Below are positions 11,381-26,299 of a stretch of 64,000 nucleotides of DNA, in pieces. Under the pieces are notes generated by a model. It made no database searches. It saw only the letters and a program-made list of their open reading frames with translations, and was not told the DNA's origin. A program made the position numbers and the translations under genes. Every line of letters begins with the position of its first letter. Positions within the stretch are counted from its first letter, which is position 1. This stretch comes from Amphiscolops sp. MND2022. Lineage: Eukaryota. The DNA lies in the NCBI GenBank assembly GCA_964187785.1, contig OZ076413.1:50098001-50162000 (forward strand), written 5' to 3'.

Positions 11381-13734
11381 AGTGGAGAAAATTTTCCAGC
11401 CTGCCACCAGCATCTAGTAGTTCCAGGCAAAAAATGTTGGAAAAAGTTTTGTGAAAAATCCCGTTTTGAAATCGAGGTTTTTTATTTGTCGAACTTTTTC
11501 AACATCCAGACATTAGATCCGGGGTACTTTTTTCTTTTTTTTTCAGCCAAATCTCAGAATTATCACTGGAAACTCAACTACTAACTGCGCTTACTGTTTC
11601 AAGTGCGTGCAACTTCTGGTTAAGAAAAAATGTCTCCTTGCAAGATTCTGCAAGATGATGCATTTTCCTTGGATTCTTTAGCACTGATTGTGATATAAGC
11701 AAGGGGTATCAGCAAGTGACGTCAGACACTCTTTTGGGCTATATTTCAGCTGCCATGTCATTTTCACGGTAATTTCGGGGTTCTCTGAAATCAAATTTGA
11801 TTGGGTTTCTAACAGGGTGCAAAAATGACACTTTTGGAGCGAAGTATCTGCAGATGGGCTTTACTTTGTCACCAATATTTAGTGCAATTTAGAGTCGCTC
11901 TTTCAAAATTTAATGCTACTTCACTTCAGTTAACTTAAATACGGAACTTTCTCCAATTTTGCAAAAATCTCATTTCGAAGGTTTTATTTTGAACCTCTGA
12001 ATTCAAAATATGCTTCCAATGAATGTCCTTTTCATTTCTTTGTCAGTTGTAACTTCTGACAATACTTTTTGTTATTTCTAGCTAATGGAAACCGCAAATC
12101 TTCGAAGGTTCTCACTAAACTAACTCTTGCAGGTAATGAAAATATTGCAAGAATATGTCATACAACTTATACCTTCTTGCAAGTTATGTCTATCTAACCT
12201 TTCTTGAAAAAAATCTTGCAAGACAAGCATTTCCGGTAAAAACCAAGAAAAAAACAAAAATTTATTTCAATCTTGAAAATATATTATGGGAAAGTTACTC
12301 CCGAGAAAGTTACGAAAAAGTTTGAGAACAAAATTTCAAATTTGCAGAAACTGCAATGAAAATGCCAGTTCTCGAAATGAATCAGGAACAAGAGACGCAG
12401 TGGCACTGAAATACTTTTTATAACCATTTTATATGGTTACTTGCATTGGGCGTTTTGTGACTTTTTTCTCCCTGAAAGCAAATGGTCTTTTTGATAAGAA
12501 AAGACACCAACAGTCACACTTGCTTTATGTGGTCATGAACATTGAGAGCTTAAAAGCAATAACAAAAAAGAGAATTTTGTTAATCAGATGTTTACCTATA
12601 TTGAAGCATCAAAAACCGCAGCTGAAAAGTAAAAGTCTTGGCTATACATGCAAAGTTGATGCTAAACAGTTTTTTTAAGAGTGAAAGAAACTAATTTGGT
12701 ACTGAATTTTATTGCACCCGATGTTACACCTATGTATTGACGTGAGAATTTTCGATGACGCGAAGAATCTTCAAACCCTCCCAAAAAATTTATGACACTC
12801 TCAAATAAATTTCCCTCGATGGGAGCCAGATCCAATTTTAGAAGAACAAATTTTCAATGAATATTTAAAATATCCAGGATGAAATCTTTTGGGCTTGTTA
12901 GACCGTTACAATCCCTTTGCGCAATGCTCTTTCTTCCAGAAGGGCTGGCTCTGTTTCTGCTTCTTTCCACATTTACAGCCAGTCGAGAAACTATATGACG
13001 TTGAAAGAAATAAACATATTTGAAAAGGTGATTCCATTTCAGCCAGTGGCATCTAAAGAAACAAATTTATGAAATATATTACACTTGTGAACGGCTAATG
13101 TGGAACTTCAGGTGTTAGTCAGCAAATGATTGATATAGTCAATAAAGACTTTGCCTATAGCAATCGAAAAATCGAAAAGCATCCTCGTGTCGATTGGTCA
13201 ATGACAAAAAATAACGCATTTGGCGGAGAAAAGCAAACCAAAAAGAGCAACGGTGAGCAGTCAGACCTTTGTGACCTTGAGCAAGTCACTTTGAAACCAC
13301 AGCTTCAAGTCCACCATTACTTGACCACTTGGCTGCAAACATGGTCCATAGTATCCGAAAGGGCGCCGACTTAGAAAAGCAGAACTGCTTATTCGGCGTC
13401 CACCCTGCGGTAATGGGGAAATTAACTTCTCCCTCTTCTCTCGTGTCGACGAAACACGCGCTTCCATACACGATCCATGTGAATTCCATGCATAGTCCAT
13501 GTGCATTACATACATGGTCCATGTACATGGCCTACTGCTTTTTATTCGAATGGAAAAGCATGATCCATACATGCTCCATGCAAGATCCAAGCATGCAAGA
13601 ATCCATTATTTCAAAAACGCTGAATAACTTCGAAAAAGCTTGACAGAACCATTTTTCGGAGAAACGACTGAAAGAAAAACAGCTCCCTGGTAATGTAATT
13701 ATGTCGCTGAGACATTGACAGAGACCCTAAGCTA

Positions 13735-13990
13735 CCCAGTGTTCGAAACCATGGCATCCTTGCCAGGATCCATGGCAAGTTCCTTGGTAGCCTTGCCAAA
13801 ATCTTGTCATGATCTTGCCATAATCTTGGCAAGGATGCCATGGCCATGCAAGATCGTGCAAAGGCTAACCATGATCTTGGCAAGGATGCCATGATTAACC
13901 ATGTTCTTGCCAAGGGTTCCATGGTAGCAAATCCGTTTTTTTTGGTAATTCCCAGTGTTCGAAACCATGGTATCCTTGCAAGATCCATGC
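13735..13990. repeat. CATGGCAAG/CTTGCCA-rich MITE-like repeat
   Basis: CCCAGTGTTCGAAACCATGG is duplicated, with many internal CTTGCCA/TGGCAAG units. Related CTTGCAAGA elements are scattered across the window. Confidence 0.6.
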
Positions 13991-14581
13991 TCCCGCTCGC
14001 CGCTTTAGACGTTATTCCCGTTTTGCATTTAGATATTATTCCTTAGACGTTATAGCATCGAACTTTTAGCTACTCATCTAGAAAACTCACTCAGATCAAA
14101 AACGTTTCAGAAACTGTCCAATAAAAGAGAGACATTTTTCATATAATTCGAGGCTATTACATCAAAAATCAAATACAAAGTACAGCAAATCTGACATCCA
14201 AAAAGAAAGAAAAACCACTAAATACCTTCAAATATTTAAACTAGTATAAAATCAAATAAAAAACAAAAAGCATCATTGATTGAGCAGCCATTCAGCATGC
14301 TGTGATAACCGGAAAATCTGAATCTTTATAAAACTTCTAGCGTGTTGGTGTTCTAAATCTGATTAGAGCTGATCATGACAACGTCGAATCATGAAAACAA
14401 GACACTACGAGCTCAACGAAAAGGGAGGGTGAGATTTTGTCGTCAGAAATTCAGCCGTAGGAAATCTCGTCGTCGGGTAGTTAAAGTGCAAGAAACTTTC
14501 GAGGAACGTAATTTCTGACAACGAAACAGTTATATAATGAAACTAAGGTTATGAAAAGACAAGGTTTTCTAAAACCAGTTC

Positions 14582-15308
14582 TTCCTGGGTGTCCTGCCAG
14601 GAGCCCTGGTTGATGGAGAAATTCTGCTAAGTAGTGGTGGTCAAAAGAGAATGTAAAAGGAAATAGTTTATTCAACAGTATTGATTACTTTACAGAGTGA
14701 TTCAAAGAAATTACAAGAAGTTTCGCTGACAATGTTTTGTTATCGACAATGAATAAAGTGAAATGATAGACTTTTGAGGCCATTTGTACTGTTATGAATA
14801 TGGAAAAATCACTATCTTTTTGGGACGAAATTGCCGTCTTGAGCCTCTTTCTGGCGCTTATGCCCCAGACAGAAGGTCTTCCTCCTGTTCGAAAGTACCA
14901 GTCAGCTCAAACTAATCTGTCCCGAACCTTCCTGATTTTCAGGGAAAACTTTCCCTCTTTTTAGTGTACTGAGACTGTGAACCTTTGTGACATTAACATT
15001 TAGACATACACCTTTGAGAAGTTGAAATGAAAGGTTCGAACCGAACTGTCAAAGTTTGAAGGTCAATAACATTTGCAAAAAGAACAAGTGCGAGCATTCA
15101 GTTCACTTTTCGTAGCAGACGGCATTGTGCTCACTTGTCAAGACTTTGTTGTTTCAAACGTGTTAGCAACATCTTTCGATTGTTTTTTTATGTTACGTAA
15201 TCGAATCGACTTTACTACGATGGCAGAACAACGTTACAACAACAGCAGAATTATTCTACGAATAACATTGTTAGTCAAATTAAGATTATTTTAGTTCTAT
15301 GCTGAACA
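14582..15308 (-). repeat. BEL/Pao 3' LTR (shared part)
   Basis: Homologous to 22066-22787; begins TGTTCAG on the minus strand. Confidence 0.75.
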
Positions 15309-18300
15309 TCCCGGGGCCCGTTCTTGGTCACAAGAACCACACGATAGCAATGGAACAAGTTTGACTAAAGGACGAACAAAAAAACCTTTCGAATTTTTCA
15401 CAAGGGCGGATCGAGTTACGCCGTCATCATCGACGTTTAGTTTAGTCACTCGCGCAGGAGGGTAATGACCTTTGGGACCACCGCAATCTACAGTCCAAAC
15501 AAGCGATACAACACAAATGTTACAATTGGAGTCTGAAATCCACTTATGGCGTCGCGGCAACTGTGGAACATATTCCTGCAACCATTGGTTCCAATTCCAA
15601 CTCACATGGGACTGGGATTGGCGAAAAACACGACGATGATTGAAATCATCTGGTTTTACTACACCTACCTGGAAAGAAACCGAAGCGCGACCTAACAGGA
15701 TCACTGCTAGCACAAGTAAGAGGACGAGCGATCAATACTTGCTCAACAAGGCACTAGATTGTGCTCAAAGTCTCCTCGGTCAATCGACGGGACGAAAGAA
15801 TGGCAAACATAGCTTTCTTGCACGAGCGCACAAGTTGCTCCCATGTACCTCCAAAGCGAGGGTGGGATGGCGGATTAAATTTCCATTTACAAGACCGCTC
15901 TGTCAGGTAAGATTCAATAACGTCAGTTTCAGAGAGCGCTTTGACGAAAGACTTGGTCTCATTAGAGGCCCCAACGAAATTTGCACCATTCTCAGAATAG
16001 AAGAAGGCTGGCAATCTACGCCGTGCCACGAAACGCTGAATTGCTAAGAGACATGAGTCAGTTGAAAGACTGTGGCATACTTCGATATGGATGGCTCTGA
16101 CTGTTAAACATGTAAAAAAGCAACACCAACGCCTGTGGGAAGATCTAGCAATTTTCACCTAGAAAGGCTCAAATAAATTTATTCCAGTAAACGCGATGGG
16201 AGCACTACCGAACCCAAGTCTTTCTGAAGGTAAGTCAGACATCATTGGAGTACGTTTTGTAAAAAAAAACACATCTCAAACGAGTTCGACGAAGTTCGAA
16301 TTCGACGAACTACGGAGACCGAGAACCCAGAACAACTGTTGTACAATAGAACGAAGATATTCCACTACTTCATGAGCATTCGAGATATGCACATCATTGA
16401 GAAACATCTTTACAACCACATGCTTACTGGACAAAATGACAGGGTGTTTTCGCTCGAAAGAAAGACATTTCGCTTTCCGCATGCGACCACGAGCACGTCT
16501 TAAACGATTATTCAGAAATGGACAAAAGGTGCCAGTTGAGAAATACTAGGAACGATGTTATCAGAAGAGAGAGACAAAAGTTCTTTAGGGAATGACTCGA
16601 GTTGAACTTGGGACCAAATACAGGTTTCAGCTCTAGCAAGTTCATCTACAGTCAGGACAAGTTTTGGAGAAATTTCACTTCTGTGCTTTGCAGTTCGCAC
16701 TTTGAGAATGAAAGCAACGTTTCTTCTTAAATTGCGGAAAGAAGAGATTTTTCGGAACAATTCGCCAAGAACAAGTTTATGCAAAGACGTTTCAGAATTC
16801 AATGAAGCACTGGAGACACTATGGACAAACTGAGGTTTTTCAGGCCACTTTGATTTATACACCGTAAGAAAAGAAGGACCTCGTAACCAGTCAGTGATTT
16901 CAAAATCAGACATTTTGATACATCTGGAACCAATCTCAGCAGGATTGATCTGACCAGGAACGAAGTTCCATTGCTCAACATTACTACCATCTATGATTTC
17001 TGCCACACGATTAGCAACGAAAATTGTAAAACGTTTGTCAGACGTCGAAATCCATTCGACGAAAGAGTAGTGGACACTAAAAAGAAGAAAGGACTGAATG
17101 GACATTGACAGCCGCAAGCCAATCACAGCGGCTTGAAGTTCAAGTTGGGGAATAGTAATTGCACGAATGGGAACAACCGTACATTTGGCAACCGGGAACA
17201 ATACAATTACAGTTTTACACTGAATTGAATTAAGATATGCAACAGCGCACATAGCTGGTTGGAAGGCGTCTACAAAACATGAAGTTCATGAGAACAGTCT
17301 AATTGTTTTTCATTCAAAATTGAATGCTGTATTTTGAAAGTTGAGACAAGAGGCAACTCAGAATTCCATCCTATGATCGGACAGGCTTTTAATTAATCAC
17401 GGACAGGCTTGTCTCAAGATTGCCCGACCAACTGCTTAAGTTCCTTCAAAATCAAACCTCCTCTGATTGTGAAAGGCGAAACAAACCCTAGAGGGTCGAA
17501 TACAGACGAATCAACGGAAAGTATTTTTCGCTGAGTTACATTTCTGGGCAAAAGATTTGAAACGCCGCGGCAAACATTCAAAGTATTGTTTTTCAGAGCC
17601 CATTGGATACCCAGATTAGTGGTGACTTCCATTTCACTGAAAGGTTCAGCGAAAGTAATGTCTTTTTCCAACGACTTGTAGTCTTCCAAACACTTTGTCA
17701 CGAACTTCGTCAAATTAAAGACACCCTGAGTCAACTTTTTCACCAATTGACTAGCTAGTGCAACTGCATCAATTTCACATGGAACCGATTGTAGAAAATC
17801 ATCAACATAAAAGAAGTGAAAACCGCCTTCGAAGCAACTGGAAAACTTTTGACATTATCACGAGCTGTCTGTTGAACTACAAAATTTGTACAAGTTAGAG
17901 ATGACTTTGCTCCCAAAATGTGCCTGGTGTACTGAAACGTTTCAATTTTGTACGACAAACCCTACCGCCACAAAAATCTGATAAGGCGTTGTTCATGCTC
18001 TGGGATCTCAACTTGCATGAACATTGGCTCAAGGTCAGCAGACAAGGAATTTCCAGCGAAACATGCTGCAGCATTGCAGACACGACGAATTTTGTTAGGT
18101 TTGTTGGGATTCACAACGGGGTGGTGTGGCAAATACCATTGAGGCAAGCAATGAGTGGTCTTTACTTCGGAGAGGGGAACCTTACGCACATGGCCATTAG
18201 CAATGTCATCCTCATTAGTTTTGACATAACCAACTTGAACCTCAGGGTTCTTGCAAAGACGACTTTCAAGCAATAAAAGCCAACTTTTTGCCGAAAAAAA

Positions 18301-20102
18301 ATTGTCGGTCAACGGTTTTGCATCAGGATCCCACATTACACCAACACAATAGCGCTTTCCAGTGAAGACACAAGTTTTTTTCTGATGTTTCTTTCTTTTC
18401 ACTCTTCGAACGAGGATCAACACTCACAAAGGATGCATATGAATCGAGGGCCCACCACATGGAAACTTGTGTTGCTAAATTAAGATCAGCCGACTCGTCA
18501 ACAGAAGCGCCCGAGATGCAAAACAAACGCTAGTTTTCAGAGACTTGCAATTGGGAAGTCCACTCAAGACCCAACCGATCGGAAGTGTAACTGCCCAAGG
18601 CAAATGATTATCAGAAGTTTGATATCCAATCGGGCAAATAGCTGAATAAACATCTTGTCCAAGAATCACGCCTTTTTCCGAAAAGTCAATGAAATCAGCT
18701 TTGCTAACTTTATTATTTGGACAACATGACGTCACATTTTTCAAATCTAGTTTTTCATTTCCAAGTGACAAACAAGCTCTAACCAAAGCGGAAAATTTCA
18801 GAGGGATGAAAGATTCGTCTTCCAACGAGAAAAGTTCAAGATTGACACACGATGTGTCACCTTCCAAGAATCCTGTGACCCTACGTAGACAAACAGTTTC
18901 GCTAGATCCAACGAAACCTAAACAAGATTTTATATCTTCGGAAACCCACGAATGGGTGCTACCGCTATCGCAAAGAGCCCAAGCTTTGGTGTTCGAAGAG
19001 CCACTCTTCAATCGTATCTCAATAACCTGCAAAGCCCCTTTGCGGGCACGAGACATTGTACAAGATGTACAAGATGTACACCATTCTCATTCTTGGAACC
19101 GGGGACCACAGATGTAGAAGTATCATTATGCAGCAAACTGTTATGTGATTTCCCACAACCACTTTTTGGACATTTCAATTTGGATGAACAATCTCGAGGC
19201 ATGTAACCAGATTGGAGGCAAGTAAAACAAAGTTGTTTTTCGTGAACAAAGGCCGACCTCTGTTCCACTGACTTCAACAAAAACGAAGAACATTTTGTGA
19301 AAACAGAAGATTTTGTGACTTTCGTTCCAGAATGGACATTGATCTTTCCTTACATTGGCGGACAATTTAATGCTTGAGGTTTTGACAACGTTTGAAGCAA
19401 GCACTTGATGCTTATGAAGTTTGTCATTTTTCTTTGATTAGTCAAAATCAGACGTATTAGACATCAAAAGTCGTCCATTCACTGCGGCTTTCTGCTGCAG
19501 CCGATCCCGAAAGTTAATCAAGTTGACAACCGGAAGACGCTCAATAAAGCCAAACCAAGATTCCCGAAGGTTAATTGGCAGCTTGGACACAACCAAAGAC
19601 AAATTGCTTGAAGACTACGAGTCACTGAAAAATTTCTCAGCTGACAAGAACGGAACAAAACTATTCACCACTTGTGAAAAATCAAATATTGATGCAGAGT
19701 TGTGCATTTTCACTCAAGGGTGTTTGCTAAGTTTTTCGATTTGTGTCCCAAATATGATATATGGAGCTCCAATCATTTTCTGAAGTGAAGCACAAGCTTG
19801 GACGAAGTGAACGCCCAAGTAACCGAAGCCATCAATAGTTGCCTTCGTTTTTCCAGATGTAAAAAGGTTTAAGTATCTCATGCGATGATCTAGTGATACT
19901 GAAGGCTTCCAACAAGTGGATTCAAACTTCCCTTTCCACTCAGGCCATTTGAGTGTGGATCTCCGCTAAAGGCATCAAGCTCGAATTTTGGAAGAGACTC
20001 ATGAGCAATTTGATATTCCAAAAAACTTTTCGAAATGTTCGGAGGAAAATTCAATAGACCAGGAACAGGATAGACAGGAGGTTGCGTAGCAGAATTAAAC
20101 AC
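15297..20102 (-). pseudogene. BEL/Pao gag-pol, multiple frameshifts and stops
   Basis: Gag LPKFELDAFSGDP; zinc knuckles CFTC..C and CPKSGCGKSHNSLLH; protease LCDSGS; RT WYLPHHPV and ADLEPMFMQV; RNase H region FDPLG, TIPQLELQAA and FVANRVAEI; integrase FTCLTVRAIHIEV, SENGANF and WKFNPP..GG.WE; C-terminal WLQEYVPQL. Confidence 0.9.
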
Positions 20103-22065
20103 AAGGAATTTGAGGATTTGGTTGCTGAGCTAGTCTTGCACTGTTATTGTTCAGTGTGCACGCTTGAGCAACCTTGATAGTATTCAACAAGATAATCACG
20201 GGCAGAATCTAAGACAAATCGACAATGATCATTGACTTTGTTAGATCAAGCAGATGCTTCACTAACCCTAGCTTCGACAATCAAAGACATCAAAATTTAA
20301 TTCCTCTTGCCAAATTTTGACTTCAGATCAATACAATCATCAACAACTATCGAAACTTCGTTTGCCTTGCTTGATTTTTCAGAAGTTCATCCAATTGCTC
20401 AAGGCGCTCGTACAACTGACCAACAATCTTGTCGCGACTAGCAACAGTTTTTTCCATCCTAGAAACTTGCAGAGACATAAGGTATTGAAGCGTCCTAATG
20501 AACGAACAAAACCAAAGAAACACGAAAACTCGTTACAATGAGGAGCCGAATGAAGAAACGAATGAAGAAAGACAATCGTTTGCAGACAAACTTGCGAAGA
20601 CATGCGATACTCAATTGTCCTATTGAACGAACAAAACCGAAGCAACACAAACAGTCTTTCATTGAGAAACCGAGTGAAGAAACGAATGAAGACAGTCGTT
20701 TACAGGACCAAATGTTGAGTTAGAAATTCAGCTTCAAGTGGGTGATTCGTTTTTGTCTTTTGGATCAAGAGTCAAAATGGTAATTGTGAAGTGATCAAGT
20801 AAAATGAGTGAAATATCGAACAAGCGTACAAATTAAATGCACACAAAACACCAAGACTGAAACTGAACGAAGAACTAATTTGCCAAGGTTTACTGTCTAA
20901 GGACTTTTGAAGTGAAAAGAACGAAACAAATAGCCCAGCTAACAGGGTCAACGAAACAAGACGAAGACAGCTGCTCTTGAAACTTTCTCTCCCTTGAATG
21001 TTTGAATAACTTTGGGCTGAAGCACTCAAAATAGTTTTGACAGAGACTCAATCGACAGAGCGGCTTATGCTTCAATCCGCAGTGCAGACCGACGACTTGC
21101 CCAGGGAACCACCTGAGCTTGACCGTTAGATCAGCGGAGTTGATGACTGAGTCTTAGTGTACTTTGTGTATCGGGTTATCAATTGCTCGAAGTCAAACCC
21201 AACTTTCAGGAGCAATTAGTCTGTCTAGTTTACAAGACACGCAAAAGAAAGTCAAAAAAGACGAAAAAATAGAGCGTTTTTCGACAAATAAGTTTCAAAG
21301 TACCTCTTCAGTCAAACACGGTCTTCCAAAAGGCATCATAGGGGTCGAGAAAGAGACCAACAAAGGAGGAGGGTCTAAAGGGAGAAGCATAAACAAAGTG
21401 TGATATGTTAAAGCCGATAGGCGACGTTACAAATGAAACAAAGCAACAAACGAAACAAAAAACTACGACAAAAACATTGCCATAGGTGCAAAACTGCAAA
21501 ACATAGGCTCAAAAATTGCAAGCAAACGTTTGTATAGGAAAATTGAAGGAGCTGAAGAACTTTTTGTAGGTAGCTGAAGAACTTCGATAGAGTATGGGAA
21601 AAAGTAGACAAAAGTTAGCAAACAGCAAAAACTTTCAAAAATATCAATCTGCACAAGCAGCCGTAGTCGTTGCTACACTTTTTGTGACAAAACGGAATAA
21701 TTCAAATTCGGCACAGAAATGCTCCAACAAAGTGTTTTTATGCAAAACAAGCCACACTACAAGTTTAAACTAACAGTTTGTGAACTATCAAAATTGCGAA
21801 CTCTTCGGGAAACACCGACGATAAAGAAGAACCCAGTTCTTCCACTGTCCGCAGGGACCCAAAGACCAAAGCGACAACTGCTGCAGGGATACTTTGCAAA
21901 TATTGCACAACCCAGAAAAACGAAAAAATCACCGCAGTGTTGAAAATCACGTTGTCATCAATGTGCCAGACCGAACAACACTGAGGGAAAACCAGCCTCA
22001 CATCGACACACACTGGGAGCAGACCAACATCAGCCATGTCGTGGAAAAGTCAGCGGAGCAAAATA

Positions 22066-22787
22066 TTCCTGGGTGTCCTGCCAGGAGCCGTGGTTGATGG
22101 AGAAGTTCTGCTAAGTAGTGGTGGCCGAAAGAGAGTGTAAAAGGAAATAGTTTATTTAGCAATATTGATCACTTAACAGAGTGATACAAAAGAATTACAA
22201 GAAGTTTCGATGACAATGTTATCTTATCGACAATGAAAGAAGTTAAATGACAGACTTTTGAGGCATTTTGTACTGTTATTGATATGGAAAAATGACTACC
22301 TCTTTGGGACGAAAATGACGTCTCTTCTTGAGCCTCTTTTTCGCGCTTATGCCCTAGACAGAATGTCTTCCTCCTGTTCGAAAGTACCGGTCAGCCAAAC
22401 TTAATCTGAACGTTCCTGGTTTTCAGGGAAAACTTTCCCTCTTTTTAGTATACTGAGACTGTATACCTTTGTGACATTAACATTTAGACATAGACTTTTG
22501 AGAAGTTGAAATTAAAGGTTCGAACCGAACTGTCAAAGTTTGAAGGTCAATAACATTTGCAAAACGAACAAGTGCGAGCATTCAGTTCACGTTTCGTAGC
22601 AGACGGCATTGCGCTCACCTGTCAAGACTTTGTTGTTTCAAACGTGTTAGCAACATCCTTCGATTGTTTTATTTGATGTTACGGAATCGAATCGACTTTA
22701 GAACGATGGCAGAACAACGTTACAACTACGGCAGAATTATTCTACGAATATCAATGTTAGTCAATTTAAGATAACTTATTCTGAACA
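22066..22787 (-). repeat. BEL/Pao 5' LTR (shared part)
   Basis: Homologous to 14582-15308. Confidence 0.75.
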
Positions 22788-24225
22788 TAAGTTTATCTTT
22801 AGCAACTGTACAAGTACAAATCTAAATCGTTAATAGATATCTAATAGGTACGTTCTTTCGAGTTTGTTTGGCAACAACTCGCTGGTATGTAGACCGAAAC
22901 TCGGTAGAGGCCAGGACGGATTTGTAATCAACGGTAACAAGGAACCTATTGAAATATCTTGCAAGAATCTTGCGAATTCAACGCTAAACTTGCTAAATTT
23001 TTGCAAGCTTCAATAACTCATTACACAGTGGTCAATGGAGTCAGTCTATTCAAGAAGATTTCTTCAGTTCCTGAAAAATTATGTAATAACTCAATTTTTG
23101 GATCGACCCTTTTCGCAACTAACTCAGTTATTGCGAATGAAAGGAGAAAGGGGGCTCATCCCAACTTTTACGTGTCAACATCGTATCACTAAACATGCTT
23201 TAATTGGGTGACCTGTTAACAACCAGTGATGGATGAAATGTGGAAACAAATTTCATTCGAACTATTTTAGAATGATTGAATAGTTATCAGCAAAGTTAGG
23301 TAGTAAGCTGCCTGAAATATATATATTTCATTCATCTGCGAATAATTGCTATTAGGTCGCAAAGAGGGAATCTTTTCCAACTGGCATTTTAGTTAGTCTT
23401 GGTGGCACCGTGAAAAATGGCAAATTAGGTAAGTAGGTCGATATGGTTGGGGGCACTGTCGTGATAAATGGATCAATCAAAATAGAATATACACTACGCA
23501 AAAGACAAAGCAACCATTAAATTCAATAAGTTAATATGAAAACAGATACGTCAAGTACATGTATACTCTTCATCATATATGACGGAAAATTGTTTCGCAC
23601 TTTTCAGTTATTTCCATGTTCAGTTGCCTTTAATTGGCCGTTTAATTGGTTAAAATAATAGAATTAAGAAAGGCTTAAAGGAAACTAAGCTTATTTTGTC
23701 TGACTGAAGCATCCTGGCAGTGTGGCTCTTGAAACCTATAGGGCAGAAAAGTATATGGCGAGTCAAGATGTCCTCGTGGTACAAATTTCCCCTCTCTGAA
23801 TTAATGTTTCAAACTTAATCTAAGCTTCTGACGTTGACCTACTTATCTTGCCAGTGTGGACAGAAAATAAACCGCCTTTTTGCCTGTTTCTATTGACAGT
23901 TTTGAACAAAGAATAACTTTTCTTGGCAAATTTTAGAGCAAAAATGACAGATTATCAATTTCTTTAGACATAAGGCAATCTTCGTTGTCAACATAATTTC
24001 AAGAGTCCAGACTCTATGTAATGTGTTGTTTTTTGGATAGCATCATTAGCTGCACTACCAATGGAGCTGTAAGGGCATCCTCTGGAACACAAATTCAGTC
24101 GATATTGGAATTAGAACATGCTCAGAAATTTGGTGAAAAACTCTGATTCGGTGTATAACGTGTTACTGAGCATGTGTTTGCTCTTTTCGCTGATTCCGCC
24201 ATTTTGAATGCAGAACGATGACGAG

Positions 24226-26299
24226 TGTAAAGGTTCGATTGGGTTTAGGAGAAATTAGCCTTTTGAGATTCTTGATCAATAGTGTTTAGGAATTAGTTTG
24301 CGACTATGCCTTCCTAAACCTTTACAAAAGTTGTCTCTAGGTCTTCCGAGTTCGCAGGAAGGACTTTGTTTCGAGAGAAGAGTTTGAATATATGAAAAGA
24401 ATTTGAATTAGTTCGAGTATTATATTCAACAATGGTTGTTTTTACACAATACGCAAGAATACAATACAAACAGAATAATGTAATCATCCAAGTTGACACA
24501 AATATCCAATCAATAATATCTGAGTTGTTTAGCATTCACCACAAATAAATACATCAATTATTTAGGGAGCAATGTTCAGGTAAGTTGTTTAAATACTATA
24601 AAAACTGGAATTTTCTGATCTTATTGTCCAACAATTTGGTTAGGACAAGTGTGCTGACTTTTGGCCAGAATTACAGTCTATTCAGACCGGTTTGGGGTTC
24701 CTAGAGTTCTCAACAATGTAGTGAGAGTTATTAAGTCTATTGACAATTTACGTGACAGGTTTGTCACACGTTCTAGCTTATAGGAAGCGAAGAACTAGCT
24801 TATAGGAAGCTGAGAGTTAAATAAAATAGTTTTAGCCTATATGACCAGCCAATTACTAGGTCGAAGACAGGATTGTCTTGAGCATAGACTTATAAGAAGT
24901 CTTGCGAATCTAAGTAAATTAAGGGTCTTATCTAACCAGCATTCGCTAGGTTTTTGTTCGGACAAGATTGCCGATTGGGCTCGATCCAGAGGTTCGGTGC
25001 CGTGTTCTAAGAGTTTTAACCTATTGCAATGGACCAGCAAGTTTGCTAGGTCGAGAGGGAGACAAGTTTGTCTAAAGACTTTGAAGAAGTCTTGTGAGTC
25101 TAAGTGAATTAAAGGCCTTATTTCAACCAGCAGTTTGCTAGGTTGCTTTTTTAGACAAGATTGTCAGAATTCTGTTCAATACTTTATAAGGTTACATGCA
25201 TTTTACTTTTTATTCAGTTTGTTTTACTTGCAAGTTAGTTGCAGTTATTGAAATGATCTAGACTAGCAGTTGCTAAGTCTTGACGCAATCGCGTACTAAG
25301 AGGAAAGTGATCTCCGTCGAGAATTGTTTGGGAGCGTTTAGCTCTAGTTAGTTTTCCCTATGATTTTCATAGGAGAACCTTGTCGGTTGTTTGTCTCTTC
25401 AGTCACTAGGACTGGGGGTTGTCTATAAAAGACAGGTAGGAAAAAGGAGCAAAGAAAAAAGAGAGAAATTTTGAGTTGTGAATTTTGAAGTTATTTTCTA
25501 AGTTAAAGAAAATAACTAACCTGAAGCTTGAAGCAAAGATTGGGTCGGAGAGATTTGTTCTCGCAAGAGAGAGATTTTTTGAGAGAGATGATTTATAGCA
25601 GAGACGAAGAGGAGAGTCAGAGTGAGAGTGTGCGAGAGATTTATGCGAGAAAATTATGAATCAATTTGCTAGAGTCCGGCTTTTTATACGAGCCGACCGA
25701 ACGGTACAACCAATCAAATCGATTGGCGGTTTTTATTGGATACGAAATTATTTCGTCATTATCTCGTCAATATTTTGTCCATAATTGGAATCGCATTCAC
25801 TATTGGATGCAACCGAATAGAAGTCGGCGGGGATTGCATCAGCTACCGAATATGTTCGGCTAACCGAGTTGGCTGACGCAACTCTTTGTATTTGTCAGGG
25901 GAATTAATCCTCTCAAGTGGGGGACTTTGTTCCCTCTTGAGAATTCTTTTGTTTAAAATTGAGAATTTGGCCGTACAAGTGGCGCCTATTATTCTCTTTT
26001 CAGAGATGTTTACTGGCACAAGTGGCGTCGCATATTGTCTTTTCAGGGGAGATAAAAGATAATTGTTTGTACAAGTGGCAAGCGTTTTCTTTTGTAGAGG
26101 GAAATTCTCCCTTTCATATGACGCGCAGCTGTAATTTTGTTTATCTCTAAAATTCTTTCAAGCGTGCCTGGAGAATTGAAAGAATTTGAGTAAGAGTTCA
26201 CAAAAATTGAATAAAAAGAATTCTAGCTCCGATTGAATAATTTTCTAAATATGTTTTTTCAAATATTAAAATGAAGAAAAAGTTGTGTTAAACACAACA
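24226..26299 (-). repeat. 3' LTR
   Basis: Identical to 41386-43459 except 4 substitutions found by eye (24918, 25935, 26193, 26251). Candidate AATAAA on the minus strand at 25209-25214. Confidence 0.97.
24314..24535 (-). CDS. 73-aa single-transmembrane small protein (3' LTR copy)
   Basis: Identical to 41474-41695; hydrophobic segment IIDWIFVSTWMITLFCLYCILAYCV. Confidence 0.35.
   Translation of the reverse strand: MLNNSDIIDWIFVSTWMITLFCLYCILAYCVKTTIVEYNTRTNSNSFHIFKLFSRNKVLPANSEDLETTFVKV

Larger units (their letters stand above)
14582..22787 (-). mobile_element. Decayed BEL/Pao LTR retrotransposon
   Basis: Diverged ~720-bp direct repeats at 14582-15308 and 22066-22787, both ending TGAACA. 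PPT-like GGGCCCCGGGA next to 15308. Internal fragmented gag-pol. Left LTR boundaries are uncertain and no TSD was found. Confidence 0.85.
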
